Under the pieces are notes generated by a model that saw only the letters and a list, made by a program, of their open reading frames with translations, searched no databases and was not told the DNA's origin. Source: a bacterium (GTDB taxonomy: Bacteria; Patescibacteriota; Patescibacteriia; JACPHY01). Taken from it: DNA of 64,000 bases. Where the stretch lies: assembly GCA_030646955.1 (NCBI GenBank), contig JAUSKM010000028.1, forward strand, positions 1,065 to 65,064, written 5' to 3'. Positions 26,713 through 36,763 of this stretch are shown piece by piece. The translations under genes were made by a program, and so were the position numbers. The first letter of the stretch is position 1; each line of letters begins with the position of its first letter.

Positions 26713-27273
26713 ATGTTTTCTATCAATGACATCTCGAAAGGAACGGTGCTCAAGTTCAAGGGTGGACTCTCCGTCGTGACGTACTTCCAGCACGTCAACC
26801 CCGGCAAGGGGTCCTCGTTTGTGCGCGTGCGGCTGAAGGATATCGCGTCAAGCAAGACCGTGGAGCAGACGTTCAAGGCAGGCGAGCAGGTGGAGTTTGC
26901 GGAGGTGGAGCGCCCGAAGATGCAGTTCCTCTACGCGGATCCCATGGGGTACACGTTCATGCACGGCGAGACGTTTGAGCAGGTGATGGTGTCACGCGAT
27001 CTCGTGGGTGAGGACGCAGGGTACCTGACGGAAGGATTGGAGGTGCATGTCATCCTCCACGACGGAGCGCCGATTGCCGTTGAGCTGCCCAAGAAGGTGA
27101 CGCTCGCGGTGGCGGAGGCGTACGAGGCGGCGAAGGGCGACACTGCGGGTGGCAACGTCACCAAGGAAGTGACACTCGAAACCGGCAAAACCGCGCGTGT
27201 CCCGCTCTTCATCAAGCAAGGCGAGAAGGTGATTATCAACACGGAGACCGGCGAGTACGTGGAGCGAGCGTGA
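26713..27273 (+). CDS. efp: elongation factor P
   Basis: KPGKG is present in the form NPGKGSSFVRVRLKD. The OB-fold architecture is present and the product is 186 aa. Confidence 0.9.
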   Translation: MFSINDISKGTVLKFKGGLSVVTYFQHVNPGKGSSFVRVRLKDIASSKTVEQTFKAGEQVEFAEVERPKMQFLYADPMGYTFMHGETFEQVMVSRDLVGEDAGYLTEGLEVHVILHDGAPIAVELPKKVTLAVAEAYEAAKGDTAGGNVTKEVTLETGKTARVPLFIKQGEKVIINTETGEYVERA

Positions 27274-27311
27274 CACCGGTCACGCTCGTGCCCGTCCCAG
27301 GAGGATGGCGT

Positions 27312-27938
27312 ATGACGAAATACGATCGGCCGCCGCAGCCCACGGAAGCAGGCGACGATTTCACGAACATTGACGCCGTGGATGAGGCGCTTGCGAGCGA
27401 TGATGCGAAGCGGGTAGCCGCGGTGCGCGCATGGTTGACCACGCGGGGCGGCATGACGGATCGCGAGGTGGATGCTTCCATTGCAACCGAGCGGTTGCGA
27501 CGTTCCGTGCATGATGCGATGCGGATTGAGCATGGTGCACGCATTGCGCGCGATCCGAAGCCGACACCGGAAGAATGGTCGATGGGCGCATTTGTGGAGA
27601 GCGTAGAGCCGCAAGTCCGACAGGCCGTACGTACGCTTCGTCGCAAAGGATACAACACGATGTCATCGGGATTTTGGGGATTTCACTATCAATCCACGAG
27701 ATTCGCGGAGCCCGTGCGTGATGCGTTGGACGCGGAAACGCTGCAGCGCCTTGCGGAGCTGGGTGCGGAGGTACATGAGCAGAGCATTCGATTTTCTTGT
27801 GCGCAGCAAGATCTTGCGCAGATTGCGGAGCGCTGGAATGCGATCGCGGACGTGCTCCCGGACCTGGGACGTCCCGCGTCGGATACGGATCACGGCGCTG
27901 CGCAGACGTTTCGCCAGCGGTATGGGGGCGGCGTGTAG
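27312..27938 (+). CDS. hypothetical protein (208 aa)
   Basis: GGAGG RBS is present. I could not recognise a family. Confidence 0.55.
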   Translation: MTKYDRPPQPTEAGDDFTNIDAVDEALASDDAKRVAAVRAWLTTRGGMTDREVDASIATERLRRSVHDAMRIEHGARIARDPKPTPEEWSMGAFVESVEPQVRQAVRTLRRKGYNTMSSGFWGFHYQSTRFAEPVRDALDAETLQRLAELGAEVHEQSIRFSCAQQDLAQIAERWNAIADVLPDLGRPASDTDHGAAQTFRQRYGGGV

Positions 27939-27971
27939 CGATAGTGTCATGAGTGGTAACTGGACAGAGCT

Positions 27972-28664
27972 ATGGAACGCATCCACAAATTCATCGCGCG
28001 CGCGGGTGTGGTCTCGCGGCGCAAGGCGGAAGAGCTGATCGCGGCCGGCCGCGTGACGGTCAATGGCCGCCGTGCAGCCATTGGTATGTCTGTGGATCCC
28101 GTGACAGACGTGGTGGAAGTATCCGGCAAGCGCGTCGTGTTGCCGCAGTCGTACACCTACCTCCTCTTCCACAAACCCGCGGGGTTCGTGACAACGCGGT
28201 CGGACGAGCGCGGACGTCAGACCATTTACGATCTCCTCCCCAAGCAGTACCACACGCTCCGGTACGCCGGGCGGTTGGATAAGGATTCCGAAGGTCTTCT
28301 GCTGTTGACGGATGACGGTGATTTCATCGAGCGGCTCATGCACCCGCGCAACCGCGTGGAGAAGGAGTACGTCGTCTATCCCGCGTCACGTCCCACGTAC
28401 GGACAGATCGCAGCACTCCGCGGCGGCGCGATGGTGCACGGCAAACGCCACGCGCGCCCCGACCGCGTCACCACCATTGGCGGGAACGTCCATGTGATTG
28501 TGCGCGAGGGCGCCAAGCGCGAGGTGCGCTCGCTGTGCGCCTCCGCCGGCATTGATGTCGCGCGTCTCGTCCGCATCCGCATCGGCACCATCATGCTCCC
28601 GTCCGATCTTGCACCCGGAAAATGGCGTATCACGCAACGAGAACATCTGCTGGAGCACGAGTAA
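27972..28664 (+). CDS. pseudouridine synthase, RsuA/RluB family (S4 domain plus catalytic domain)
   Basis: The product has an N-terminal S4 RNA-binding region and the RsuA-family catalytic Asp motif GRLDKDSEGLLLLTDDG. Confidence 0.8.
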   Translation: MERIHKFIARAGVVSRRKAEELIAAGRVTVNGRRAAIGMSVDPVTDVVEVSGKRVVLPQSYTYLLFHKPAGFVTTRSDERGRQTIYDLLPKQYHTLRYAGRLDKDSEGLLLLTDDGDFIERLMHPRNRVEKEYVVYPASRPTYGQIAALRGGAMVHGKRHARPDRVTTIGGNVHVIVREGAKREVRSLCASAGIDVARLVRIRIGTIMLPSDLAPGKWRITQREHLLEHE

Positions 28665-28701
28665 CCCCGCCGGAGCAATCCGGCGGGGTGTGTGGTGCGC
28701 G

Positions 28702-29076
28702 TCATGCGGCGGGCGTTGGTGGAGTTTTTCCCATCATGCGTGCGCGGATGCGTCGGCGGATGGGGTGGACGCAATATGCCTCGAACATGCTGAGGGCGAT
28801 CAGGGGCGTGCCCACGATTGGGCCGATGGCAAGCCACATCAGGGTCGGAATGACGTCCCCGTGTGCCTCGATCCACCGAATGGTTGTTCCGATCCATGTG
28901 CGCTCGACGAACGTGCCGAACGCATCGAACCATTCGAGTGGCTCGCTGTCGTCGTGCGGCGTCTTCTCGATGGAGTCCAAAACAACACCGGTGAGGCGGA
29001 GCATGACCCAGCCCAGGAGGAGCCATGCGACGGACCAGATGATGCCCTTGCCAACGAATAGGTACACGATTTCCAC
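28702..29076 (-). CDS. hypothetical membrane protein (124 aa, GTG start)
   Basis: AAAGGAG lies 6 nt upstream of the GTG. It is convergent with the pseudouridine synthase gene. Confidence 0.5.
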   Translation of the reverse strand: MEIVYLFVGKGIIWSVAWLLLGWVMLRLTGVVLDSIEKTPHDDSEPLEWFDAFGTFVERTWIGTTIRWIEAHGDVIPTLMWLAIGPIVGTPLIALSMFEAYCVHPIRRRIRARMMGKTPPTPAA

Positions 29077-29145
29077 GAGTCGCTCCTTTCAGCGGAGTGG
29101 ATGTTCAAAGTACTAGTGGAAGCGTAGCAGAAGTTGCCGCGAAGG

Positions 29146-30540
29146 TCAAGTGAACGAAATGGGTTGCCCCTCCAGTGGCCGATCCACGCGCCAAGCGGGG
29201 TGGCGCTCCGCGAGTTGGGCGGCGAATGCCGCACGCGCGTCGTCCTCGCCGTGCACCAGGACAGCATGTCGGACGCCGGGGACGCGGTCAGCCCAGGCGA
29301 GGAGTTGTGGCTGGTCTGCGTGTGCGGAGAACGCGTCGAACGCAACTACCTCGGCGCGTACGGGGTACGACTCGCCGTGGAGCGTGACCTCCTTGGCACC
29401 GTCCTGGATGCGCCGGCCGGTGGTCCCCTTGGCTTGAAAACCGGTAATGAGTACCATGTTGCGTGGATCGGCAATCGTGTGGCGCAGGTGGTGGACGATG
29501 CGGCCGTTCGTCATCATGCCGGAGGCGGAGATGATTACCATCGGTCCGCTGGCGCTGTTGAGCGCCTTGGATTCGTCACGGGTATGCGTGAAGCGGAGGT
29601 TTTCAAATGCAAGCGGGACATGCTGCGCGCCCGGGAAATCACTGCGGGACTCGGCATCGTACGCATCGCGGTATTGCGCGTACACGGTGGTGAGCTCGCT
29701 TGCAAGCGGGGAGTCCACCACGATGGGAATGCGCGGGATACGACCGGCATCCGCTAGCTGGTGGAGGAGGTAGATGAGGAGTTGCGTGCGGCCCAGTGAG
29801 AACGCGGGGATCACGATGGTACCGCCGCGTGCCGCGCCACGTGACACGGCATCCGCCAGCGCGTCCGTGGCGCCGGGGAACGAGGGGTGCGCGCGATCGC
29901 CGTACGTCGTTTCGCATAGGAGCACATCGCACGGCTCCAGAGGCACCTCGGGGTTACGCAGAATGGGGACGTCTGCCGCGCCAAGGTCGCCAGAGAAACA
30001 GAGCGTGTGATCGGGGGAGAGGCGAAGGACGGGGACCGCCGAACCCAAGATGTGGCCTGCGTCGTAACATTTGAGCGCAATGCCATCCGCGATGTCGTGC
30101 CACGCGTTGCTTTCGTGTGCGTACGGGATCGCATCCACGCGCTCCATGGCGCGTTCGACGTCCTCCGGCGTCATCGTCGGTTTCCAATCCTCGGGATCGC
30201 CCAACGCGCGCCGCTTGCGAAACAGCGCGTCCTCCGCCGCGATCATCGCCGCGTCCAAGAGAATGAGCCGCATGATATCCCGTGTGGCCGCCGTCGCGTA
30301 CACGCGCCCGCGGAATCCGTCACGGACAAGCACGGGGAGCATTCCCGTATGGTCTGCGTGGGCGTGGGAGATCACCACCGCGTCAACATCACGCGGCGAA
30401 AACGGCAGCGTGCGATTGCGCCCGTCCGCATCCGGTCCTTGGAACATGCCGCAATCGAGCAGCACCGTCGCACGTTCGGTGGTAACAAGGTGCTTGGAGC
30501 CAGTCACACCGCCAGCGGCACCGTAACAGGTGAGCGTCAT
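29146..30540 (-). CDS. MBL-fold metallo-hydrolase of the RNA-metabolising beta-CASP family
   Basis: The product has the HAHADHTG metal-binding motif and beta-CASP organisation and is 464 aa. Confidence 0.8.
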   Translation of the reverse strand: MTLTCYGAAGGVTGSKHLVTTERATVLLDCGMFQGPDADGRNRTLPFSPRDVDAVVISHAHADHTGMLPVLVRDGFRGRVYATAATRDIMRLILLDAAMIAAEDALFRKRRALGDPEDWKPTMTPEDVERAMERVDAIPYAHESNAWHDIADGIALKCYDAGHILGSAVPVLRLSPDHTLCFSGDLGAADVPILRNPEVPLEPCDVLLCETTYGDRAHPSFPGATDALADAVSRGAARGGTIVIPAFSLGRTQLLIYLLHQLADAGRIPRIPIVVDSPLASELTTVYAQYRDAYDAESRSDFPGAQHVPLAFENLRFTHTRDESKALNSASGPMVIISASGMMTNGRIVHHLRHTIADPRNMVLITGFQAKGTTGRRIQDGAKEVTLHGESYPVRAEVVAFDAFSAHADQPQLLAWADRVPGVRHAVLVHGEDDARAAFAAQLAERHPAWRVDRPLEGQPISFT

Positions 30541-30738
30541 AGAAAGGCGCGAGCTGCGATTTCCGAGCTGCAGGAAAAGTGTACAGGAATAATGCCGAGG
30601 TACTCACAGCGATCAGCGAGATGCCCGACGTTCTTCTGACTGCATCGTACCATGCCGCAGCAGCACGACGGACGTGGTATTCTCAAGGAGTGGATTCTTC
30701 ATCGTTTCTTCCGAAACAGTATGATACATTGAGCATAT

Positions 30739-31074
30739 ATGAACTTCCTCATCCAATGGATTATCTACACGATTGCGATCGGCATTGCGGCGTACGTCCT
30801 ACCAGGCGTGCGTGTTGAGGGTGCCATTGCAGCGCTCATTGCCGCGCTCATTCTGGGTATTGTGAATGCGGTTCTGCGGCCGCTCCTTGTGCTGCTGACG
30901 CTGCCGGTGACGGTGGTAACGCTGGGGCTGTTCGTCTTTGTCATCAACGCATTCCTCGTCCTGCTCGCAGCGGCAATCGTTCCAGGGTTTTATGTGGCGG
31001 GATTTGGATGGGCGCTCCTCTTCAGCATCGTCCTCATGCTCGTCCATCTCGCGCTCAAGGGGTTGGCGAAATAG
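30739..31074 (+). CDS. 4-TM membrane protein of the phage-holin family 4 (DUF360-like)
   Basis: It is 111 aa with the pattern ILGIVNAVLRPLL…TLGLF…NA typical of that family. The family assignment comes from sequence pattern alone. Confidence 0.55.
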   Translation: MNFLIQWIIYTIAIGIAAYVLPGVRVEGAIAALIAALILGIVNAVLRPLLVLLTLPVTVVTLGLFVFVINAFLVLLAAAIVPGFYVAGFGWALLFSIVLMLVHLALKGLAK

Positions 31075-31147
31075 TGCACTGCATCCATCACACGACACCA
31101 CCGGACGCGTGTCCGGTGGTGTCGTGTCGTACGGGAATTGTCTGCAA

Positions 31148-31600
31148 CTATCCTGCCATTTCCTTTCCGTTATGCATGGCTTTCGATTTCCCGCGCATGA
31201 GCGCGAACGCGCCACCGCCGGCCAATGCCAGCGCGAGCGAGATGCCAAAGAGTGCGAGCTCCAGGTCGCCCTTCGGGAGCGCGCGGCTCACCAAGAAGAA
31301 CGCGGTGGCCATCTCGATGGCGAAGAGCGCGGCGAGCGGCCGGACGAGGATGCCCAGGAGCAGCCCGATCCCTCCCGCAAACTCCAGGAGCGCAACAACC
31401 CATGCGGCAATCCCTGCGGCGGGGACGCCCAACGATCCGAAGAATCCCGTCACGCCCTCGATACCTGGCGCGCCGAAGAGCTTGCCGTACCCATGGAAGA
31501 TGAAGATCGCGGCAGCGACGACACGGAGCACGAGGAGCGCGAGATCAACGCACTTTCCGCTGCACGGGCCGCCGTGCTCGCAGGTAAACATGCTGCACAT
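31148..31600 (-). CDS. DoxX family membrane protein
   Basis: LRVVAAAIFIFHGYGKLFG is present with about 4 TM helices. The start codon is uncertain. Confidence 0.65.
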   Translation of the reverse strand: MCSMFTCEHGGPCSGKCVDLALLVLRVVAAAIFIFHGYGKLFGAPGIEGVTGFFGSLGVPAAGIAAWVVALLEFAGGIGLLLGILVRPLAALFAIEMATAFFLVSRALPKGDLELALFGISLALALAGGGAFALMRGKSKAMHNGKEMAG

Positions 31601-31692
31601 AGGGCAGATGGCTACAATGATGAATGATGGAACCAGTATAGCATGTGGTACGCTAGGAGAGCGTTGAACATTGAGCGTGCAGGAGAAACGCT

Positions 31693-31908
31693 ATGGCTAG
31701 CGAATCGCAGGAGAGTGTGGACGTTCGGCTTGATGCGCTCACGGAGAAGATTGACGAAATCCAACGGTCATTGGATCGTATGCGGCGAGCCGCGTACATT
31801 CGGCTTGTGCTCACCATTATCATCGTGGTGCTGCCGCTCATTGGGCTCGTCGCCACGCTTCCGCGGATGTTTACGATGCTATCCAACAGCGACATCCTTG
31901 GCCTCTAG
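31693..31908 (+). CDS. small protein with coiled-coil N-terminus and a C-terminal TM helix (71 aa)
   Basis: AGGAG RBS is present. It lies between DoxX and the efflux adaptor gene. Confidence 0.4.
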   Translation: MASESQESVDVRLDALTEKIDEIQRSLDRMRRAAYIRLVLTIIIVVLPLIGLVATLPRMFTMLSNSDILGL

Positions 31909-31954
31909 CCCCCGGGCTTGCTGGCGCGTATCCGTGTTGCATTATAGAGGGCAT

Positions 31955-33616
31955 ATGACGGTATGGTATCGAAAACCCTGGTTTTTTATTGCTGTCCTTG
32001 CGTGTATCGCGGGGACAGCATGGATTGTGGTAGCGCAGCGCGGGAGCGAGGCACCGGCGTACGATACGTTCTTGGTGGCGCCGCGCGATGTGGTGCGGGA
32101 GGTGGCGACGACCGGAACCGTTGAGGCCGCGGATACGGTTGCGCTTGCATTTTCAGTGAGCGGCCGCATTGCGCGGGTCGCGGTTGCTGTGGGCGATCGG
32201 GTTGCTGCCGGCGCCGTGCTGGTCACGCTGGAGCAAGCCGACCTCTTTGCGGCGCGGGCGCAGGAAGAGGCCGCTGCAGCAGCAGAACATGCGGAGCTTG
32301 CGGCGTTACGCATCGGGACACGGACGGAAGAGCTACGCGTGAAGGAGGCGAGCCGCGAGAACGCACAGCGGTCGCTTGCGGATGCCGAGGGAACGCTGGC
32401 GAACGTCATCGCAAAGGCGAATGCAGACCTCGCCGCACACTACGACAGCGCGCCGAATGTGCTACGCGATGCGTACACAAAAGCAGACGATGCGGTGCGC
32501 AAGCAGACGGACGAGCTTTTCATGAACGATGCGACGGACAATCCGCAACTCACGTTTCAAACCGCCGATATGCAGGCGGAAATTGACGCGGAGCGCGACC
32601 GGCGTGGCGTTGAGGTTGTCCTGCAACGGTGGCCGTCGCGTACGGCGACGCTTGAGAGCATTGGCGATTCTGAGTTGGATGCGATGCTCGCAATCATGAC
32701 GGCGGACGCGAGCACCATTCGTTCGTTCCTGGAGCGCGCGTCCGCTGCGGTGAATGCAGCGTCGAACATCAATCAAGCGACCATCACCGCGTATAAGGCG
32801 AACATCGGTACGGCGCGTGCGAATATTGATACGGTGCAGGCGGCAGTGGATGATCAGATCCAGGACATTGCGCTTCAGCGCGTGACGAATCACAACGCAG
32901 TCGCAGCCGCGCAGGCAGACGTGACGATCGCACGCAATGCGTTGGTGGCGGCGGATGCAGCGCTGGCGCTCGCTCGGGCAGCGGCAACGCCAGAAACGAT
33001 TGCGGTGCAGGAGGCGGCGGTTGCTGCTGCGAACGCGCGTGTGGCGCGTGTGGATGCGGACCTCGCAAAGACGGTGCTCCGTGCTCCGTTTGGAGGCGTG
33101 GCATCGGTGGTGGATGCAAACGCGGGAGCGATCGCAACCGTTGGCGCGCCGCTGGTGACTATTCTCGCAGACGCTGCATTCGAAATCACCGCGAACATTC
33201 CAGAGGTAGACCTTGCGGGTCTTGCGGTGGGGCAAATGGCGTCGGTCACGCTGGATGCGTACGGGTCGGAGGAGGTGTTTCGCACAACGCTCGTCTCGAT
33301 TGATCCCGCGGCGACACTGGTTGAAGGAGTGCCAACGTACAAAACGACGCTCGTTTTTGACGAGACGGATGATCGGATACGCGCAGGCATGACGGCGGAT
33401 GTCACGATTGCCGTGGATCAACGCATGCGCGTCCTTGCGATTCCGCAGCGCGCCATCATCCGGCGCGAGGGCATTGTACTGGTGCGTGTGCTCCGTGGTG
33501 ATTGGGTTGAGGAAGTGCCGGTTTCCGTGGGACTGCGGGGTTCAGATGGATTTATAGAAATCGTGGATGGGCTGGATGCGGGCGACACGATCGTACGCTC
33601 GTTCGACGTGGAATAG
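31955..33616 (+). CDS. efflux transporter periplasmic adaptor subunit (HlyD/MacA-like)
   Basis: The product has an N-terminal TM anchor, a long coiled coil and a beta-barrel C-terminus. A MacB-type ABC pair lies immediately downstream. Confidence 0.75.
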   Translation: MTVWYRKPWFFIAVLACIAGTAWIVVAQRGSEAPAYDTFLVAPRDVVREVATTGTVEAADTVALAFSVSGRIARVAVAVGDRVAAGAVLVTLEQADLFAARAQEEAAAAAEHAELAALRIGTRTEELRVKEASRENAQRSLADAEGTLANVIAKANADLAAHYDSAPNVLRDAYTKADDAVRKQTDELFMNDATDNPQLTFQTADMQAEIDAERDRRGVEVVLQRWPSRTATLESIGDSELDAMLAIMTADASTIRSFLERASAAVNAASNINQATITAYKANIGTARANIDTVQAAVDDQIQDIALQRVTNHNAVAAAQADVTIARNALVAADAALALARAAATPETIAVQEAAVAAANARVARVDADLAKTVLRAPFGGVASVVDANAGAIATVGAPLVTILADAAFEITANIPEVDLAGLAVGQMASVTLDAYGSEEVFRTTLVSIDPAATLVEGVPTYKTTLVFDETDDRIRAGMTADVTIAVDQRMRVLAIPQRAIIRREGIVLVRVLRGDWVEEVPVSVGLRGSDGFIEIVDGLDAGDTIVRSFDVE

Positions 33617-33618
33617 CT

Positions 33619-34332
33619 ATGGCGCTCATCCAGATCGCGGACCTCACGAAGATATACGGCGAGGGTGCAGCGGCAACCCCGGCGCTTGCCGGGGTTTCGT
33701 GCGCGGTGGAGCGCGGGGAGTATGTTGCGGTGATGGGCCCGTCGGGGTCTGGGAAATCCACATTCCTCCACATCCTCGGGCTTCTGGATCGCCCGACGAG
33801 CGGTTCGTACGTCCTGGATGGCGCATCGGTGGCGGAGCTGGACGATGATGTGTTGGCGCGATTACGCAATGAGCGCATCGGATTCATCTTCCAGCAGTTC
33901 AATCTGCTTCCGCGTGCGACCGTACGCGAGAACGTGCAGCTTCCGCTCCTCTACTCGAACGTCCCAGAGCGCGAATGGCCTGCGATTATCGAGCGTGCCG
34001 TTGCGCGCGTGGGGCTCATGCAGCGGATGGAGCACACCCGCGCACAGCTTTCCGGCGGGGAGCAGCAGCGCGTCGCCATCGCCCGCGCACTTGCGCGCGA
34101 TCCGCAGATCATCTTTGCAGATGAGCCAACAGGCAACCTCGACAGCGCCTCCGGCCGGCAGGTGATGGAGCTTCTGGAACAGCTGCATGCGGACGGGCAC
34201 ACCATCATGCTCATTACGCACGAGCAGGCCACAGCCGAGCACGCGCAGCGCATCCTGCGCCTGCATGATGGCCATCTCGAGTCCGACACGCGCGTCGCCC
34301 AGCGTCGTACCGCCGCTCAGTTCACCCGGTGA
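33619..34332 (+). CDS. ABC transporter ATP-binding protein (MacB/LolD family)
   Basis: The product has Walker A GPSGSGKST, the signature LSGGEQQR and Walker B IIFADEPTGNLD. Confidence 0.9.
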   Translation: MALIQIADLTKIYGEGAAATPALAGVSCAVERGEYVAVMGPSGSGKSTFLHILGLLDRPTSGSYVLDGASVAELDDDVLARLRNERIGFIFQQFNLLPRATVRENVQLPLLYSNVPEREWPAIIERAVARVGLMQRMEHTRAQLSGGEQQRVAIARALARDPQIIFADEPTGNLDSASGRQVMELLEQLHADGHTIMLITHEQATAEHAQRILRLHDGHLESDTRVAQRRTAAQFTR

Positions 34333-34346
34333 GCACATGTTCCTGG

Positions 34347-34480
34347 CCTCCCCCTCCCCGCTGTACCCAAGGGGGAGGGGGAGAGGTGGCTATGCATGGC
34401 TGTGCGATGGTGCGATTTCGCCCCACCCCTCCCTCCCCCCGAGGACGCGGGGAGGGAGGGGATGAGATGGGGTTATAACC
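34347..34480. repeat. Composite G/C-rich palindromic element (about 130 nt), inverted copy of 13231-13362
   Basis: The reverse complement aligns base for base with 13231-13362 apart from a few indels. It sits between the ABC ATPase and permease genes. Confidence 0.7.
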
Positions 34481-34545
34481 GACAGGAAAGTTGGAAGAAC
34501 CGCAAAGAATATCCGTGATCTCATCCGAATAGCTTGCAGCTTCCT

Positions 34546-35793
34546 ATGACCCCCTTGCGTCTTCGCCACACGTTCCGCACCGCGCTCAGTGCGCTTGCGC
34601 GGACCAAGCGCCGCACCGCGCTCACCATTCTGGGTATCGTGATCGGCGTCGCGGCGATCATGCTGGTGACCGCTGTCGGGCAAGGCGCACAGAACCTCAT
34701 CCTGGACCAGGTGAGCGCGTTTGGTGCGGAGACGATTTTCATCGAACCCGGACGCGAGCCCAAGGGACCGGCGGATTTCGCAGAGCTATTCACGGATTCT
34801 CTCACGCGGCGTGATGTCGCCGCGCTGCGACGGTCCGAGTACGTCCAGGGCATCGCGTCCGTGACACCAATGGTTGCGCACGTTGCGCCCGTGCAATACA
34901 GGAATGAGACGGTGCGCGGACAAATTCGTGGCGCGACGGAGGAGTTCGACGTGATTCTTGATGTTGCACTTGCAGAAGGATTGTTTTTCACCGCAGATGA
35001 TGTGGAGCGTCGCGCAAGCGTTGCGGTCATCGGCGCAGAGGTGCGCGATGAGCTGTTCGGGCCATCCGATGCCGTGGGCGAGCAGGTGACCATCAAGGGT
35101 CGTCCATTCCGCGTGATCGGCGTGCTTGAACGCAAAGGCGCGGCGAGTTTCATCCCGTATGATGATCTGGTAGTGGTGCCAGTCACATCTGCGCAGGCGT
35201 ATCTGCTGGGTATTAATTACTATCATTTCATTGCCGCGCGTGCAGCGCCGGGTGCGGATGTGGCCCGCGTGGCGCGGGAGATCACGCTCACGTTGCGGGA
35301 GCAGCACGACATCACGGATCCGGAGAAAGATGATTTCCATGTCATGACGCAGGATGACGCGGTGGAGCGCATCGGGGTCATCGGCACCGCACTCACCGCA
35401 CTCCTCACGTCCATTGCCGCCATCGCGCTGGTGGTGGGCGGCATCGGCATCATGAACATCATGCTCGTAGCGGTAACGGAACGCACGCGCGAAATCGGAT
35501 TGCGCAAGGCGCTGGGTGCGCGTGGGCGCGATATTCGTCTCCAGTTCCTCCTGGAGTCCATTGCGCTCACCACCATCGGCGGGGCGATCGGTGTCATCCT
35601 CGGCACGTCATTAGCATTCATCATCGCACTCGTCCTCTCGCGCACGGTCGCTGCCGGATGGACGTACCACTTCCCGCTGGGCGCGACGCTCGTTGGCCTG
35701 GCTGTCTCTGCTACGATTGGTATCGTTTTCGGTTTCTATCCCGCATCCCAAGCAGCCAAGAAGTCTCCCATGGAGGCATTGCGGGCAGAGTAG
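34546..35793 (+). CDS. ABC transporter permease (MacB/FtsX-like)
   Basis: The product has an N-terminal TM, a large periplasmic domain and a C-terminal FtsX 3-TM bundle. The ATG at 34546 is preferred over the TTG at 34534. Confidence 0.85.
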   Translation: MTPLRLRHTFRTALSALARTKRRTALTILGIVIGVAAIMLVTAVGQGAQNLILDQVSAFGAETIFIEPGREPKGPADFAELFTDSLTRRDVAALRRSEYVQGIASVTPMVAHVAPVQYRNETVRGQIRGATEEFDVILDVALAEGLFFTADDVERRASVAVIGAEVRDELFGPSDAVGEQVTIKGRPFRVIGVLERKGAASFIPYDDLVVVPVTSAQAYLLGINYYHFIAARAAPGADVARVAREITLTLREQHDITDPEKDDFHVMTQDDAVERIGVIGTALTALLTSIAAIALVVGGIGIMNIMLVAVTERTREIGLRKALGARGRDIRLQFLLESIALTTIGGAIGVILGTSLAFIIALVLSRTVAAGWTYHFPLGATLVGLAVSATIGIVFGFYPASQAAKKSPMEALRAE

Positions 35794-35799
35794 ATTGAC

Positions 35800-36726
35800 G
35801 TGGTATCGCTGCAATGGTACGGTGGCAGCGGCCTGCTGTTCCTTTCCAACGTAGGAGGTGGCGCAGTGGAAGACGGGAGTGTCGCGGGGAGTGCCCGCAG
35901 GAACGAGCGCGTGCGGCTTGAGTTCGCGCACCGTGATGTGGCGATGGCAGACCGACTGCGTGCCGCCGCGCAGCGCAAGCCGATCGCACTGGAGATCGAG
36001 CACGTCACCGTGCATACGACGACGCGGTACGCAGGCGGCATCGGGCGAGCGACACTCGACCCGGCAAACCCGCTGCAGGTGCGGCGTGTGCTGCGTTCGA
36101 ACCGTGCGTTCGACCTCGCACACCCGCCATCGTACGCACGCATGCGGCGCATGATGTTCATGTGCCCGCCGCTGTTTGTAGGGTCCGGCGACTACCTCCT
36201 CTCGTATCTCGCGCGCGGAAAGCGGCACCATCGCAGCTCATCCGATCGCTACCTCGCATGTCTCGCGCAGGTGGCGCCAGAGCTTGCGTCGGATTTGTAC
36301 CTCCGCTTGCGCATCCGGGAGGATGGCGTACGCGAGTTACTCCGCCAGAGCGAACGGTCGAACGCAAGTGACCGTGAGGTGCTCTTTGGACAACTGCGTC
36401 GCACGGATCGCCCGTTGTCGTTCGAGCGTCGCACCGTGCTCGTAGATGCGCAGGACATGGTGACGGGGCGGCATACGACGTACGATACGGAACGCCTGTA
36501 TGACGCGCACGAGCTCCACTGCGTACTCGAGCAGGCGCTCTCTACGTTGTCGTCGCGTCGCGGGGAGTACATCGTACGAGAACGTTTCTATCGAGGACGC
36601 ACGCTTGAAGAAGTTGGGCAGGACCTCGAGTTGACCAAAGAGCGCATCCGAGTGCTCGAGTCAAAGGCGCTCCGGAAGCTCCGCCACCTGGCGCACTCCC
36701 TACACCTCAAGGTGTTTGTTGAGTGA
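35800..36726 (+). CDS. sigma-70 region-4-containing protein with a divergent N-terminus (putative atypical sigma factor or regulator)
   Basis: The C-terminus RERFYRGRTLEEVGQDLELTKERIRVLESKALRKL matches the sigma70 region 4 HTH. The start codon is uncertain. Confidence 0.5.
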   Translation: MVSLQWYGGSGLLFLSNVGGGAVEDGSVAGSARRNERVRLEFAHRDVAMADRLRAAAQRKPIALEIEHVTVHTTTRYAGGIGRATLDPANPLQVRRVLRSNRAFDLAHPPSYARMRRMMFMCPPLFVGSGDYLLSYLARGKRHHRSSSDRYLACLAQVAPELASDLYLRLRIREDGVRELLRQSERSNASDREVLFGQLRRTDRPLSFERRTVLVDAQDMVTGRHTTYDTERLYDAHELHCVLEQALSTLSSRRGEYIVRERFYRGRTLEEVGQDLELTKERIRVLESKALRKLRHLAHSLHLKVFVE

Positions 36727-36763
36727 ACGTAACCGCACCACACCCGGCGTGTAATCGAGAACC

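Noticed and set aside
33567-34338. ORFs overlapping the ABC ATPase gene on either strand (33567..33848 +, 33862..34338 -, 33951..34289 -)
   Set aside because: They are alternative-frame artefacts of a gene that has unambiguous Walker A/B and ABC signature motifs.
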